From: an uncultured bacterium
GTDB taxonomy: Bacteria; Patescibacteriota; Minisyncoccia; Phycocordibacterales; Phycocordibacteraceae
Assembly (NCBI GenBank): GCA_947085985.1
Contig: CAMTYL010000003.1
Location: 15,826-79,825, forward strand
DNA: 64,000 nucleotides
Direction: 5' to 3'
In this document: in pieces, positions 32,466 to 42,613 of the stretch
Position numbering within the stretch: the first letter of the stretch is position 1
How the letters are laid out: the number at the start of each line of letters is the position of its first letter
The notes under the pieces: generated by a model
The model's input: the letters and a program-made list of their open reading frames with translations, nothing else
Databases searched by the model: none
Told to the model about the DNA's origin: nothing
Position numbers and translations under genes: made by a program

Positions 32466-33074
32466 ATGGACGAAATCGTATACATATTAATAAATGAAGC
32501 GATGCCGGGTTATGTAAAAATAGGTCTGACAAGTGGCTCGCTCGAGGAAAGAATTCGCTCGCTTGATACAACAGGTGTGCCACTTCCTTTTGAATGTTTC
32601 TATGCCGCAAGGGTAAATGATTGTCGGATGGTAGAAAAACTTCTGCACGATACTTTCCTTGATTATCGTGTTCGATCAAATCGCGAGTTCTTTGAAGTTT
32701 CCCCTGAGCGCGTAGTTTCTGCTATAAAGCTTGCCGAAGTTGAGAATGTAACACCGCAACGAGACTTTGTTGAATCAGAAGAAGATCAGAAGGCACTCAA
32801 TCAGGCACGCGAAAAGAGATCTGCTTTTAACTTCGGCATGGTGGATATACCGGTCGGGTCTGAGATTGTTTTTGTGAACGATGAGAATATTCGCGCGAAA
32901 GTCGTTAAATTGAGTGGCAAACGAAGTATCGAATTCAATGGGGAACTAACTAGTCCTTCAACGGCTGCGCAGAAGGTACTTGGCTACCCATACAATGTAC
33001 AGGGAACAGTATATTGGATGTATCAAGGGGAAACATTGGATGAACGTCGTCGCAGGTTGGAAAATCAAGAATAG
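32466..33074 (+). CDS. GIY-YIG/T5orf172 nuclease-family protein with a C-terminal DUF4357-like domain
   Basis: IVYILINEAMPGYVKIGLTS...LEERIRSL...REFFEV (T5orf172 core) and a C-terminal ...TSPSTAAQKVLGYPYNVQGTVYWMYQGETL. TATAAT lies 6 nt upstream of the ATG. AT-richer than the backbone. Confidence 0.75.
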   Translation: MDEIVYILINEAMPGYVKIGLTSGSLEERIRSLDTTGVPLPFECFYAARVNDCRMVEKLLHDTFLDYRVRSNREFFEVSPERVVSAIKLAEVENVTPQRDFVESEEDQKALNQAREKRSAFNFGMVDIPVGSEIVFVNDENIRAKVVKLSGKRSIEFNGELTSPSTAAQKVLGYPYNVQGTVYWMYQGETLDERRRRLENQE

Positions 33075-33984
33075 TTTTGTGGCAGTCGAAAATCTTACAG
33101 GGCTCGAAAAGCCATTACAGAAATTAGTTGAAACCGTCTCCGAAGGAGTTGGGGTTGTTGGGAATCACCTCTTTAAATTTGATGTTGCAAAAATTAAACG
33201 AATTGGAGAAGCAGAAGCAGAGATCGAAAAGGGCAAGATTATTGCACAAGCTGAAGCTCAAGAGAAAGCGGTAGAAATTTTAAGTAGGGCAGAAATAAGA
33301 TTTGCACTAGAGCAATACAACAAACAGATTAATTTAGAGAATATACTAGTTAAATCTAGAGAAGATTTGTCGGAGAAAGAGGTTACTGATGAGGCGGTAG
33401 ATAAGGATTGGACGATGCGATTCTTGGACATTGCCCAGAATGTGAGTCGAGACGAAATGCAGGATGTTCTTGCAAAGATTCTATCTGGAGAGATCCAAAA
33501 ACCAGGTAGTTATTCTTATCAGACTCTAGAGGTCGTTAAATATCTGTCACAGAGAGACTTGGAAAGGTTTTTAAAGTTCGTAGCTCTTTCTACGGAAGTA
33601 GGTGTAATAAAATTACACGGAGGAAGTAGCGAATCGCTTCAAAAATATGGACTGAATTTTGGTGATTACTTAGACTTGTCTTCAATCGGTCTATTTAATC
33701 AATCTTCAATGCTTTCTTATAACATTGAGATGAAACCGGAAGGAAAACATCCAATTAATATCGGCGGAGAATGGTTCATTCTTCAGAACGAAGATAAGGA
33801 GAACAGTAAAAAATTTAATCTTGGACTTTTTGTATTTTCAAATGTAGGTAGGGAAATACGTTCTCTCTTACTCGAGCGAGCGGAAAATGAACATGCGGGA
33901 ATATATAAAACTGATTTTATAGAGGAAACTGAAAAGAAATCCATTAAAGTTACCAAGGCTATATTCAAGACTAAAGAAGTATAG
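33040..33984 (+). CDS. DUF2806-like protein, hypothetical, overlapping the 3' end of the GIY-YIG gene
   Basis: The segment DKDWTMRFLDIAQNVSRDEMQDVLAKILSGEIQKPGSYSYQTLEVVKYL resembles the DUF2806 core (recalled from memory, not searched). Start at ATG 33040 is uncertain and could be 32980. Confidence 0.6.
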   Translation: MNVVAGWKIKNSFVAVENLTGLEKPLQKLVETVSEGVGVVGNHLFKFDVAKIKRIGEAEAEIEKGKIIAQAEAQEKAVEILSRAEIRFALEQYNKQINLENILVKSREDLSEKEVTDEAVDKDWTMRFLDIAQNVSRDEMQDVLAKILSGEIQKPGSYSYQTLEVVKYLSQRDLERFLKFVALSTEVGVIKLHGGSSESLQKYGLNFGDYLDLSSIGLFNQSSMLSYNIEMKPEGKHPINIGGEWFILQNEDKENSKKFNLGLFVFSNVGREIRSLLLERAENEHAGIYKTDFIEETEKKSIKVTKAIFKTKEV

Positions 33985-34185
33985 AAATATGCCGCAGGAG
34001 AGGCGTAGTTAAGTGGGCTCAAAGTAGGAGCCTTTATGCGCCAATATACCCCGCCCGCCGTACACTTACGTCTCCTTCGGCGGACTTCCCGCGCCCAGCG
34101 TCTAGGGCCTTTTTACTTCGCTTGCAGACAGGATCATTTAGGGTTCGCGCCTTCAATTCTGCACACTTGGTATATAATTTAGAAA

Positions 34186-34787
34186 ATGGACAAGAAAGAA
34201 ATTACAAGTCTGCTTGAAAGGCATAAGGCAAAGCGTCCTCGAACTATTGTCGTAGTGGATTTTGGCAACGTAGATAAGTGGAAAGAAAGTCTTGGGTGGA
34301 AGGTCGGTATCCAGGAACTGGCTCAGCTCATCAAGCACTTTTCCTACGGCAAAAGTTTTTACGCAGATTTTATTATGGCGAGGATTACGGGCCAGATGAA
34401 CGCTCCATAAAGCGAACGGTATGGTCGGAAAACATCCTGACCCGTGCACGCATGAATGGATTTGAACTAGTTACAAAAAGAGTCAAATATATCCATAATC
34501 AAGATTACATAACAGGATTTTTAGCCAAGTGTGAACTTGACGTTGAAATGGCCGTTGACCTGATACGAGAAAAGGATAACTACGATTCTGTTTTGCTGCT
34601 CTCAGGTGATGGAGATCTAGTGCCGGTGTTGCAGTATTTAAAACGGTTTCATTCTAAGGAATGTATAGTTATGAGTGCTCGAGGTCACGTGGCTCGTGAA
34701 GTTATAGACGCTAGAGTCTCTGGTATTATCGACGAACTCCTCTTTGCAGAAGACTTTGAATACCGACTCCGAATGCGCGTTTACTAG
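34186..34787 (+). pseudogene. NYN/LabA-like (DUF88) nuclease-domain gene disrupted by a -1 frameshift in an aaaa/ttttt homopolymer near 34380
   Basis: Frame 1 encodes IVVVDFGNVD...KHFSYGKS. Frame 3 continues FLRRFYYGEDYG...LLLSGDGDLVPVLQ. Spliced together they give a canonical NYN domain. Confidence 0.5.
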
Positions 34788-34954
34788 CGCAATCAGAAAC
34801 CCCGCCTTTCAGCGGGGTTTCGATCAAAATCCGGCAAGCCGTTGCTTACATCTGTATTATACAGAGTTTCGATGAATTTTCAATGATATCCACAGAGAAG
34901 CAATTTGACTGCCCTTGATACCTGAATTGACCCGTATGGGCTATTATTAAAGAT

Positions 34955-36865
34955 ATGAAAAAAGCCGGAGGAGGAGAGAAAATCGATGGTTTATCGGCTG
35001 ATGTTCAAGCTGAGCGTTTAGAAGCTTTGCGGCAGGTAGTTCCAGAGGCCTTTTCGGAAGGGCAATTGGACGTGGACAAACTTAAAGCTCTCTTCTCTGA
35101 GGAGGTGCAAGCAGGAGACGAAGAGGGTGAACGTTTTCGTCTTGAATGGGCAGGGAAGCACAAGGTTTTTGATGAAATCGCCAAGAGAACTTCTTGCACA
35201 CTTACTCTTGACCCAGATCGTTCATCTGAAGATTTTGAACAATCGCAAAACGTATTTATTGAAGGTGAAAACTTAGAAGTATTGCGCGCGCTCCAGAAGG
35301 CATATTTCGGGAAGGTGAAGATGATTTACATTGATCCTCCATACAATACGGGAAAGGATTTTGTGTACAACGACGACTTCCGTCAAACAGAAGCTGAGTA
35401 TTGCGAGGATACTTGTAATGTGGACGAGAATGGAAACTTGAAGCGCGCGTACAAACTGAACACTAAGGACTCAGGTCGCTATCATTCAAACTGGCTTTCG
35501 ATGATGTACCCACGTCTGTACCTTGCACGCAACCTTCTCCGTGATGATGGAGTCATTTTCGTTTCCATTGACGATAACGAAGTTCACAACTTGCGCGCAC
35601 TCATGAATGAAGTTTTTGGTGAGGAAAACTTCATCGAGATTTTTTCTTGGCAGAAGACAGAAACCCCACCAAATCTTTCAAAATTAACAAAAAAAAGTGT
35701 CGAATACGTGCTTGCATACAGGAAATCGTACAAACGCAGTACTTTAATGGGACTGAGTAAGAATAGTTCGAGTAGTAATGGTCTAATGAACCAAACTAAT
35801 TCAGAAAAGATACTTACTTTTCCTAAGGATGTCACAGAAACTGCAATAAGTGACGGGATGCTTCCAAAAGGAAGGTACGGAACAGATAGTTATACTATTG
35901 AGTTAATGGAGGACGCAGAAGTCAAAAATGGGAGGTTTGTAACGTCAGTCATTCTTAAGGGGAAGTTTAAATGGTCTCAGGCAAATCTTGAGAGAGAAAT
36001 TTTAGACGGTACGAAGATCTCAATTCGAACTACCTCACTTTCGCCATCATACGAGCGTGAAGAATATGCACCTGAAGCGCCGTGGAATTTAATCGACAGG
36101 GATTTCGGTGTCGGTACTAATGAGGCTGCAAGTGATGAGCTGGATAGTCTTTTTGGTAAGATAGAAATTTTTGACCACCCAAAACCACCTTCATTAATTC
36201 AATACCTCCTTAACTTTCTCAGGGATACTAAAGACGAGGAAGATCTAGTACTTGATTTCTTTTCAGGTTCGGGAACTACTGCTCACGCAGTAATGGCGCA
36301 AAATGCAGTAGATGGAGGTAATCGTCATTACATCTGCGTACAGATGCCTGAACAGACATCTGAAAAGAGCGAGGCACGGAAGGCAGAATTCGCAAAAATC
36401 TCCGATATTGCTATCGAGCGTATCAAGCGCGCCGCAAACAAGATCCGTAGCGAGAAACCAGATTACTCCGGTGACCTTGGTGTGCGTGTTTACTGTGTGA
36501 CTGATTCGAACTTTCCACAATGGCACGCGCGCTCGTTCGACTCTGACTCTGAGCTGGAGGAATCACTCTTTGCGCACGTGGGCCGTGTGGCTGGAGGAGA
36601 CGAGCGTGCACGCGCTACGGAAGTGCTACTGAAGATTGGTCACGACCTAAATACTTCCATTGAGCAGTCTGATGGGTTTTTGCTCGCTGATAGTTCTATT
36701 GCACTTATCCTTCGAGACGATTTTAAAGCGCAGGATTTGAATAAGGTATTCCAAACAAAGCCAAGGATAGTGATAGTACTCGAGCGCATATTTGCTAACG
36801 ACGATGAAAAGATAAACTTCGCACTTCGATGTAAAGAAGAAAAAGTAGTCTTTCAGACCGTGTAA
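34955..36865 (+). CDS. mod: Type III restriction-modification N6-adenine DNA methyltransferase (Mod)
   Basis: The DPPYNTG motif comes before FFSGSGTTAH, which is the beta-class order. 636 aa with a central variable TRD. Confidence 0.85.
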   Translation: MKKAGGGEKIDGLSADVQAERLEALRQVVPEAFSEGQLDVDKLKALFSEEVQAGDEEGERFRLEWAGKHKVFDEIAKRTSCTLTLDPDRSSEDFEQSQNVFIEGENLEVLRALQKAYFGKVKMIYIDPPYNTGKDFVYNDDFRQTEAEYCEDTCNVDENGNLKRAYKLNTKDSGRYHSNWLSMMYPRLYLARNLLRDDGVIFVSIDDNEVHNLRALMNEVFGEENFIEIFSWQKTETPPNLSKLTKKSVEYVLAYRKSYKRSTLMGLSKNSSSSNGLMNQTNSEKILTFPKDVTETAISDGMLPKGRYGTDSYTIELMEDAEVKNGRFVTSVILKGKFKWSQANLEREILDGTKISIRTTSLSPSYEREEYAPEAPWNLIDRDFGVGTNEAASDELDSLFGKIEIFDHPKPPSLIQYLLNFLRDTKDEEDLVLDFFSGSGTTAHAVMAQNAVDGGNRHYICVQMPEQTSEKSEARKAEFAKISDIAIERIKRAANKIRSEKPDYSGDLGVRVYCVTDSNFPQWHARSFDSDSELEESLFAHVGRVAGGDERARATEVLLKIGHDLNTSIEQSDGFLLADSSIALILRDDFKAQDLNKVFQTKPRIVIVLERIFANDDEKINFALRCKEEKVVFQTV

Positions 36866-36866
36866 C

Positions 36867-39524
36867 ATGAAGCTTAAATTCGATGCAGAACAGCAATTTC
36901 AGCTTGATGCAATCGAGTCTGTAGCGGATTTGTTTGTGGGGCAGCAGACCACGTCTGGCGCAGGACTCTTTGGAGAGTCAACACTTGGCATGTTTCAGAA
37001 CGAGCGTGGAATAGGTAATCTGCTCCAGATAGACGAGGGGGCGCTACTCGAGAATTTGAGGAGCGTGCAGGAAAAGAATAAACTCCCAATACAGTCGGAG
37101 CTTGCTGGAAAGCATTTCTCCATAGAAATGGAAACAGGTACAGGTAAGACGTATGTGTACTTGCGTACTATATTTGAACTCCACCAGCGTTTCGGATTTT
37201 CAAAATTTATCATTGTAGTACCAGGCAAGGCTATTCGTGAGGGTGTTTTAAACTCTCTCGAAATCACTAAGGAGCATTTGCGCAACCTGTACGGGAACCC
37301 GCCTTATAGTTTCTTTGCATATAACAGTAAGCGCCCAGCCGACTTGCGAGCATTTGCTACCTCAAATGCGCTTAGTGTGATGCTCATAAATATTGAAGCA
37401 TTTAATACCGAGGACAACATCATAAATCGTGCGAACGACTCGATAGGAGGAGTCCCAATTGAGCTTGTCCAGAAGACGCATCCAATAGTAATTATGGACG
37501 AGCCGCAAAATATGGAATCTCCAGCTGCACAGGCTGCTATTGCAGCACTTAACCCACTTTGTACCCTTCGATACTCTGCTACCCATCGAAATCTCTATAA
37601 TCAAATCTATCGACTTGGGCCTGTGGAGGCATATGATCAGGGTTTGGTAAAAAGAATTGAGGTGGCATCTGTAGCCGAAGAAGGAAGTCAGAACGACGCG
37701 TACATAAAGATACTAGATGTAAAGGCTGGAAAGAGATCAATCGTTGCTAATCTCGAGATAGAATCCAACCACAAGGGTGAGATCAAGAAAACCAAAGTTC
37801 GTTGTTCAACGTCGGGTACAGAATCTGATTTGTATGCATTGTCAGGAAACCTACCCGCTTACGATGGCTACACGCTTAGTCGCATCGATGCAGAATTGGG
37901 CGAGGTGGAGTTTGGTAATGGTGTTGTTGTGTCGAGGAATGCTGCTGTGGGGGAGATGAAGGATGAGATCATGAAGCAGCAAGTAGCGGAGACCGTACGA
38001 GAGCACTTCGAAAAAATGCTCAAGTTTGTAAGGTCTGGGCAGGACATAAAAGTGCTATCGCTCTTTTTCATAGATCGAGTGGCAAATTATCGTAACCATG
38101 AGACAGGTGCGCCAGGGAAGCTCGCCCTGTGGTTTGAAGAGGTGTACGAGGAGTTTAGGCAGTTACCGCGCTACAGTTCGCTCGTACTTCCACCGGTAAG
38201 CTCAGTTCACGACGGCTATTTCTCCAAAGACAAGAAGGGAACACTCAAGGACACGAAAGGAAGTACGGAAGAGGACCGCTCTACATACGAACGCATCATG
38301 AAAGACAAAGAGCGTCTTCTTTCTTCTGATGAACCGCTGCAGTTCATTTTCTCTCACTCTGCGCTGAAAGAGGGCTGGGACAACCCAAACGTCTTTCAAA
38401 TATGTACACTGAACGAAGCAGAATCATATGTAAAGAAGCGTCAGGAAATTGGGCGTGGCTTGCGTCTGCCAGTTAACCAGCAGGGAGATAGGATATTTGA
38501 TCGATCCATAAACACTCTCACAGTCATTGCGAACGAGAGCTATGAAACCTTTGCCCGCTCGCTTCAGCAAGAAATTGAGGAAGAAACTGGACAAGTTTTC
38601 GGAAGAGAGAGAATTGTTGATAAGCGCAAGCGAAAGCAAGTCTCACTTAGAAAGCATTGGGAATTGGATGAACACTTTATCGAGTTGTGGTCGCGAATTA
38701 ATAAGCGAACTAGATATGCGGTTACGCTGGATATGGATTTGTTTCTTGCAAAAGCAACTGAAGCCCTGTCCCATATACCTTCTCAAGAGCCACGTATACG
38801 AGTTGACGTTGCTTCGCTTAATTTTGACCAGAGCAAGGGAATCTTGACCACAAAGAGATCAGAACGAACTGGAAGAAGTTTCGGACAGTCCTTGCCCGTT
38901 CCAGATGTGCTGAGCTATATCTCGCAGCACACAGAACTGCGTACAGCAACAGTGGTCCGTCTACTGAAGGACTCAGATATTTTCGGCAAACTTCGTTCAA
39001 ACCCTCAGTACGTTATGGATCAAGCAGTAGCGGAAATAAAGCGCGTGATGCAATTCATGATTATTGACGGAATTAAGTACGAGCGAATTGCGGATTCTGA
39101 GTACGAGATGCAGATTTTCAAGGACGCAGAAATAGAGTCGTATCTTACTAATATGAGGAAAGTGGAAGTGGTCGAGAAGACTATTTATGACTTTGTGGTC
39201 TGCGATTCTAATGTCGAGATGAGTTTTGCAGAAGAGCTTGAGGCGCGAGACGAGATTGAGTTCTATATGAAGCTACCGTCAAAATTCAAGATAGAAACAC
39301 CGCTAGGCTCTTATAATCCCGACTGGGCTATCATCTTCCGTGGTGATTCCAAGCTGTACTTGGTAGCTGAGACCAAGGGAACAGATCGTGCCGACGAGCT
39401 TTCGATTTCTGAGCAATTGAAGATTAGAGCGAGCGAAAAGCACTTTACTGCAATTGGCGAAGCAATCTACCTGGCTCCTGTGCGCGACATGAGCGGTTTA
39501 TCAGAAAGGTTGAAATCGTTATGA
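36867..39524 (+). CDS. res: Type III restriction endonuclease (Res) with SF2 helicase and PD-(D/E)xK nuclease domains
   Basis: Walker A METGTGKT, motif II VIMDEPQN, and C-terminal YNPDW...VAETKG. Confidence 0.85.
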   Translation: MKLKFDAEQQFQLDAIESVADLFVGQQTTSGAGLFGESTLGMFQNERGIGNLLQIDEGALLENLRSVQEKNKLPIQSELAGKHFSIEMETGTGKTYVYLRTIFELHQRFGFSKFIIVVPGKAIREGVLNSLEITKEHLRNLYGNPPYSFFAYNSKRPADLRAFATSNALSVMLINIEAFNTEDNIINRANDSIGGVPIELVQKTHPIVIMDEPQNMESPAAQAAIAALNPLCTLRYSATHRNLYNQIYRLGPVEAYDQGLVKRIEVASVAEEGSQNDAYIKILDVKAGKRSIVANLEIESNHKGEIKKTKVRCSTSGTESDLYALSGNLPAYDGYTLSRIDAELGEVEFGNGVVVSRNAAVGEMKDEIMKQQVAETVREHFEKMLKFVRSGQDIKVLSLFFIDRVANYRNHETGAPGKLALWFEEVYEEFRQLPRYSSLVLPPVSSVHDGYFSKDKKGTLKDTKGSTEEDRSTYERIMKDKERLLSSDEPLQFIFSHSALKEGWDNPNVFQICTLNEAESYVKKRQEIGRGLRLPVNQQGDRIFDRSINTLTVIANESYETFARSLQQEIEEETGQVFGRERIVDKRKRKQVSLRKHWELDEHFIELWSRINKRTRYAVTLDMDLFLAKATEALSHIPSQEPRIRVDVASLNFDQSKGILTTKRSERTGRSFGQSLPVPDVLSYISQHTELRTATVVRLLKDSDIFGKLRSNPQYVMDQAVAEIKRVMQFMIIDGIKYERIADSEYEMQIFKDAEIESYLTNMRKVEVVEKTIYDFVVCDSNVEMSFAEELEARDEIEFYMKLPSKFKIETPLGSYNPDWAIIFRGDSKLYLVAETKGTDRADELSISEQLKIRASEKHFTAIGEAIYLAPVRDMSGLSERLKSL

Positions 39525-40363
39525 AAACTCAGTGGACGGGGATAGGGAAGGAGGGAGTGGTGCGGTACGTGGGGTGGGGGGTTGTTGGGGTTGTGGTGGT
39601 GCTTGTGGGTGTTTCGGCTTGGTGGATCTTGAGCCAGGACGAGGAGAGCTTTGCTGGCTGCAACGTGGTGGGGATTAACGTGCATGGATGCATCATGACG
39701 TACGCGCCTGCGGCGGACGAAGGCGCTTCTGGAGTACCTGAGGGATGCGACGCTATAGCGGTATCCGAGGAAATCATTGGGACCCTTGAACAGGCAAGCC
39801 AGCACAGCAACATCCGCGCTGTGCTTCTTGATATTGATTCTACGGGCGGGCAGGCGCAGGCTGCGGTTGAGATTGAAGACGCGCTTACTATGGCCGGGCT
39901 TCCAAGCGTTGCGTGGATTCGTGGGTACGGAGATTCTGCTGCGTACTGGGTAGCGAGTGCCGCGAGCACCATCATTGCTTCCGAGGAGTCTGACATTGGC
40001 AGTATTGGGGTGACCTCTTCCTACACCGACTACTCACGCCAGAACGCGCAGGACGGAATCACGTACAACAGTATCTCCACCGGCAAATACAAAGATATGG
40101 GCAATCCTGACAAGCCACTCACCGCCGAGGAGCGAGCTGCGCTTGAGAAAAGCAATCGCATAACACTCGATAACTTTATCGAAACCGTTGCGACCAACCG
40201 CGACTTGCCGATAGAGAAAGTGGAAGCGCTTGCTGACGGCTCGACCTGGCTTGGTAAAGAAGCGCTCTCGCTCGGACTTATTGATGCGCTCGGAACGTAT
40301 CCAACCGTGCTCGAGCATCTACGAGAAGTCCTCCAGGACGAACCAGTGATCTGCTGGCGATAA
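39521..40363 (+). CDS. sppA: signal peptide peptidase SppA (S49, 36K type)
   Basis: N-terminal TM helix and S49 ClpP-fold motifs (YGDSAAYWVASAAS). Confidence 0.75.
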   Translation: MKTQWTGIGKEGVVRYVGWGVVGVVVVLVGVSAWWILSQDEESFAGCNVVGINVHGCIMTYAPAADEGASGVPEGCDAIAVSEEIIGTLEQASQHSNIRAVLLDIDSTGGQAQAAVEIEDALTMAGLPSVAWIRGYGDSAAYWVASAASTIIASEESDIGSIGVTSSYTDYSRQNAQDGITYNSISTGKYKDMGNPDKPLTAEERAALEKSNRITLDNFIETVATNRDLPIEKVEALADGSTWLGKEALSLGLIDALGTYPTVLEHLREVLQDEPVICWR

Positions 40364-40602
40364 TACATGAGAAAACAGACAAACAACCCATTCGAGTCCG
40401 GGCTAATGGTTATAGTAATTCCAATTCTGCTTTGTGGACTTTTGGTAGCTTGGTGGACTCACGACTCTCAAAAGGGTTGGGATCTTTCTGCTTCTGGTTT
40501 TCGTTTTATCTTCGCTCCACTTTTTCAGCCTCTAGAAAAAGCGGTTGAGAAGAACTGAATTTAGAAAAGTTGTCCGGTCGTCGGTGGATTAGAATAAGAA
40601 TA

Positions 40603-40896
40603 ATGAAGCACGAATTTTCGGCGGAGGTGTGGAAATGGCCGGGGATGGCGGCGTGGCATTTTGTGACGGTAGACGCTGCTGTGGCAGCTACGATCCGCGA
40701 GGAACGCGCGGGAGCTCCTCGTGTGGGGTGGGGGTCTATTCCGGTGAGTGTGACGGTGGGCAGTACGACGTGGAAAACATCGATATTTCCGGACAAGAAA
40801 TCGGGCTCGTATCTTTTGCCCATGAAAGCGGAAGTGCGAAAGAAGGAAGATATTTCCGGCGGTGACTCTGTGTCTATTCAACTTTCGATTCTGTAA
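40603..40896 (+). CDS. DUF1905 family protein
   Basis: MKHEFSAEVWKWPGMAAWHFVTV...STTWKTSIFPDKKSGSYLLPMKAEVRKK is typical of DUF1905. Confidence 0.55.
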   Translation: MKHEFSAEVWKWPGMAAWHFVTVDAAVAATIREERAGAPRVGWGSIPVSVTVGSTTWKTSIFPDKKSGSYLLPMKAEVRKKEDISGGDSVSIQLSIL

Positions 40897-41232
40897 AAAC
40901 GAAGGCCGCCCGAGAGGGCGGCCGACAATAGATAACGAGCTGTACGCAGCCTGCTTTTTCGAAGGCAATGTTAGAACCTCCCGAATTCCTGCAGAAAACC
41001 CGGGAAGGTTATCAGCTTCAGCGACTCTGGGGTCTGGATGTTGTGGCGTTTTGCCAGGTAAACCCAGAGACAGACTTCCGCGCTCGTTGCTCCCTTTATG
41101 TTGTTCTTTACTAAAAGCTGTCCTCCTTTCAAAACAGCTCCGGGAGCTCCATGTATAAGTATGCGCCTCGGGCGGTCGTATGCAACACTACACTCGTGTA
41201 TACAATTTCAGCCCCGAGCGGTTGCTCGGGGC

Positions 41233-41270
41233 TGGGTGAAAAGACTGAGGGCCGCGCACAAGATGTACGC
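41233..41270 (-). terminator. hairpin gggccgcg-(11 nt)-cgcggccc plus T-run on the minus strand, first of two identical copies
   Basis: A 36-bp sequence aagactgagggccgcgcacaagatgtacgcggccct repeats at 41768. Confidence 0.5.
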
Positions 41271-41290
41271 GGCCCTGTTGCCACTACTGG

Positions 41291-41668
41291 CTAGCCGGCC
41301 ATGCCGCCCTGCCGCGTCTTCAGCCACCGCAGAAAGTCGGGAACGTTGAAGAGGAGGAACGGAACCAGGCCAGGAACCAGCATGACGATAGCGTTCTGCC
41401 AGTTGACCTCGCTCGACCCCAGGAAGCTGCCTGCGAGCGTTGCCGAGACGAACAGAAGGAAGCCAGTGGCGACGTAACGGGGCCAGAGCCAGCAGACCAG
41501 GCCGATGAGGCCTAACACCACGGTTCCGGCGATGACTTCGTTCATGGCTGTATTCGACATGGTCTGTCGGACGGTCATGAAGAAGAGGAGTGCGGTAAAT
41601 GCGCCGAACGCAACGGCGCGCCACACACGACGCACGCGCATACGCTTCTCGATTTCGGTGTTCGACAT
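41291..41668 (-). CDS. GC-rich multi-TM membrane protein, hypothetical
   Basis: Four hydrophobic helices. Flanked by the duplicated terminator. Confidence 0.5.
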   Translation of the reverse strand: MSNTEIEKRMRVRRVWRAVAFGAFTALLFFMTVRQTMSNTAMNEVIAGTVVLGLIGLVCWLWPRYVATGFLLFVSATLAGSFLGSSEVNWQNAIVMLVPGLVPFLLFNVPDFLRWLKTRQGGMAG

Positions 41669-41767
41669 GATAGGCCTCCTTGGGCCAGAAACTTTGACGA
41701 GCCAATCCCGCCACCCAGAGTGTTATAGCACAATTTGTGGGGAATGCTCGGTTTCCATATATAGAAA

Positions 41768-41805
41768 GACTGAGGGCCGCGCACAAGATGTACGCGGCCC
41801 TTTTA
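41768..41805 (-). terminator. second copy of the same hairpin terminator, 3' of the HD-domain gene
   Basis: Identical 36-mer. Confidence 0.5.
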
Positions 41806-41821
41806 CTGTGCTGGCCCGTTC

Positions 41822-42427
41822 CTACTGGGCCAGAATATTGGTGACGAGCCTGCCCAGCTCTTCAGCGATGCGCTCGTCCGTGTCCCACATGAAGGGCAGG
41901 ATGAACTCGCGCGTCTCCTCGGCCTTCGCCTTCTGACGATCGATGGGCCAGCCCTCGCCCATGGAACGCATATTGCAGATGCGATCCACGCCCTTGGTCA
42001 CCTTCACCTCGAGCGGTCCTCGGGCGATGGCGCCATAGTATTCGGGTTTGGTCTTCACGTTGTAGTCCAGAAGCCTGCCGTTGGCCGGATCGAAGATCGG
42101 GATCTGCTTGGACAGCAAGCAGAGTTCGTCGAAGGTCTCCTGTCCGAGCAGTCGCACGATGACCTCCCGGAGGGCGTAGGTGTCCTCCACAACATCGTGG
42201 GTGAGACCCAGGACGACGGCCTTGCGGCTGTTGTAGCCGTAGTCTAGAAGAAGCCAGGCGACCTCGCGCGGGTGCTCGAAGTAGCGTTCGCCGCTGTCGC
42301 GCGGCGCTTGGACGCGGTGGCCTTCCTTGGCGAGCCAGTAGGCGACCTGGATGTCGGGGAGACTGTCCCTCAGGCCGCACTTCTGAACCCGTTCAAAGAA
42401 CGAAGTCCGGTTAATGACTTGGGTCAT
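41822..42427 (-). CDS. small alarmone hydrolase, a RelA/SpoT-type HD-domain protein
   Basis: HPREVAWLLL...VVLGLTHDVVEDT and KGVDRICNMRSM match SpoT hydrolase motifs. AAGGGGG lies 8 nt upstream of the ATG at 42427. Confidence 0.7.
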   Translation of the reverse strand: MTQVINRTSFFERVQKCGLRDSLPDIQVAYWLAKEGHRVQAPRDSGERYFEHPREVAWLLLDYGYNSRKAVVLGLTHDVVEDTYALREVIVRLLGQETFDELCLLSKQIPIFDPANGRLLDYNVKTKPEYYGAIARGPLEVKVTKGVDRICNMRSMGEGWPIDRQKAKAEETREFILPFMWDTDERIAEELGRLVTNILAQ

Positions 42428-42613
42428 GTGAATGTCCCCCTTTCTGTACGCACTTAAACACAAATAGATAAACGAGTCAAACCGAGAGAGTTGAAAAATG
42501 TTCTGGCGATACAGGAGTGATAGAAAGGCGAGAGCCGGGCTGGAGAATTGCCAAGGCGTCGCCTTGGCATGATGTGGAATACGAGGAGATACGGTCTTGT
42601 ATACTAAATCTGT

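Noticed and set aside
41208-41786. 192-aa minus-strand ORF spanning both terminator copies
   Set aside because: It reads through two hairpin terminators and overlaps the better-supported membrane-protein gene in another frame. Arg-rich artefact of GC-rich DNA.
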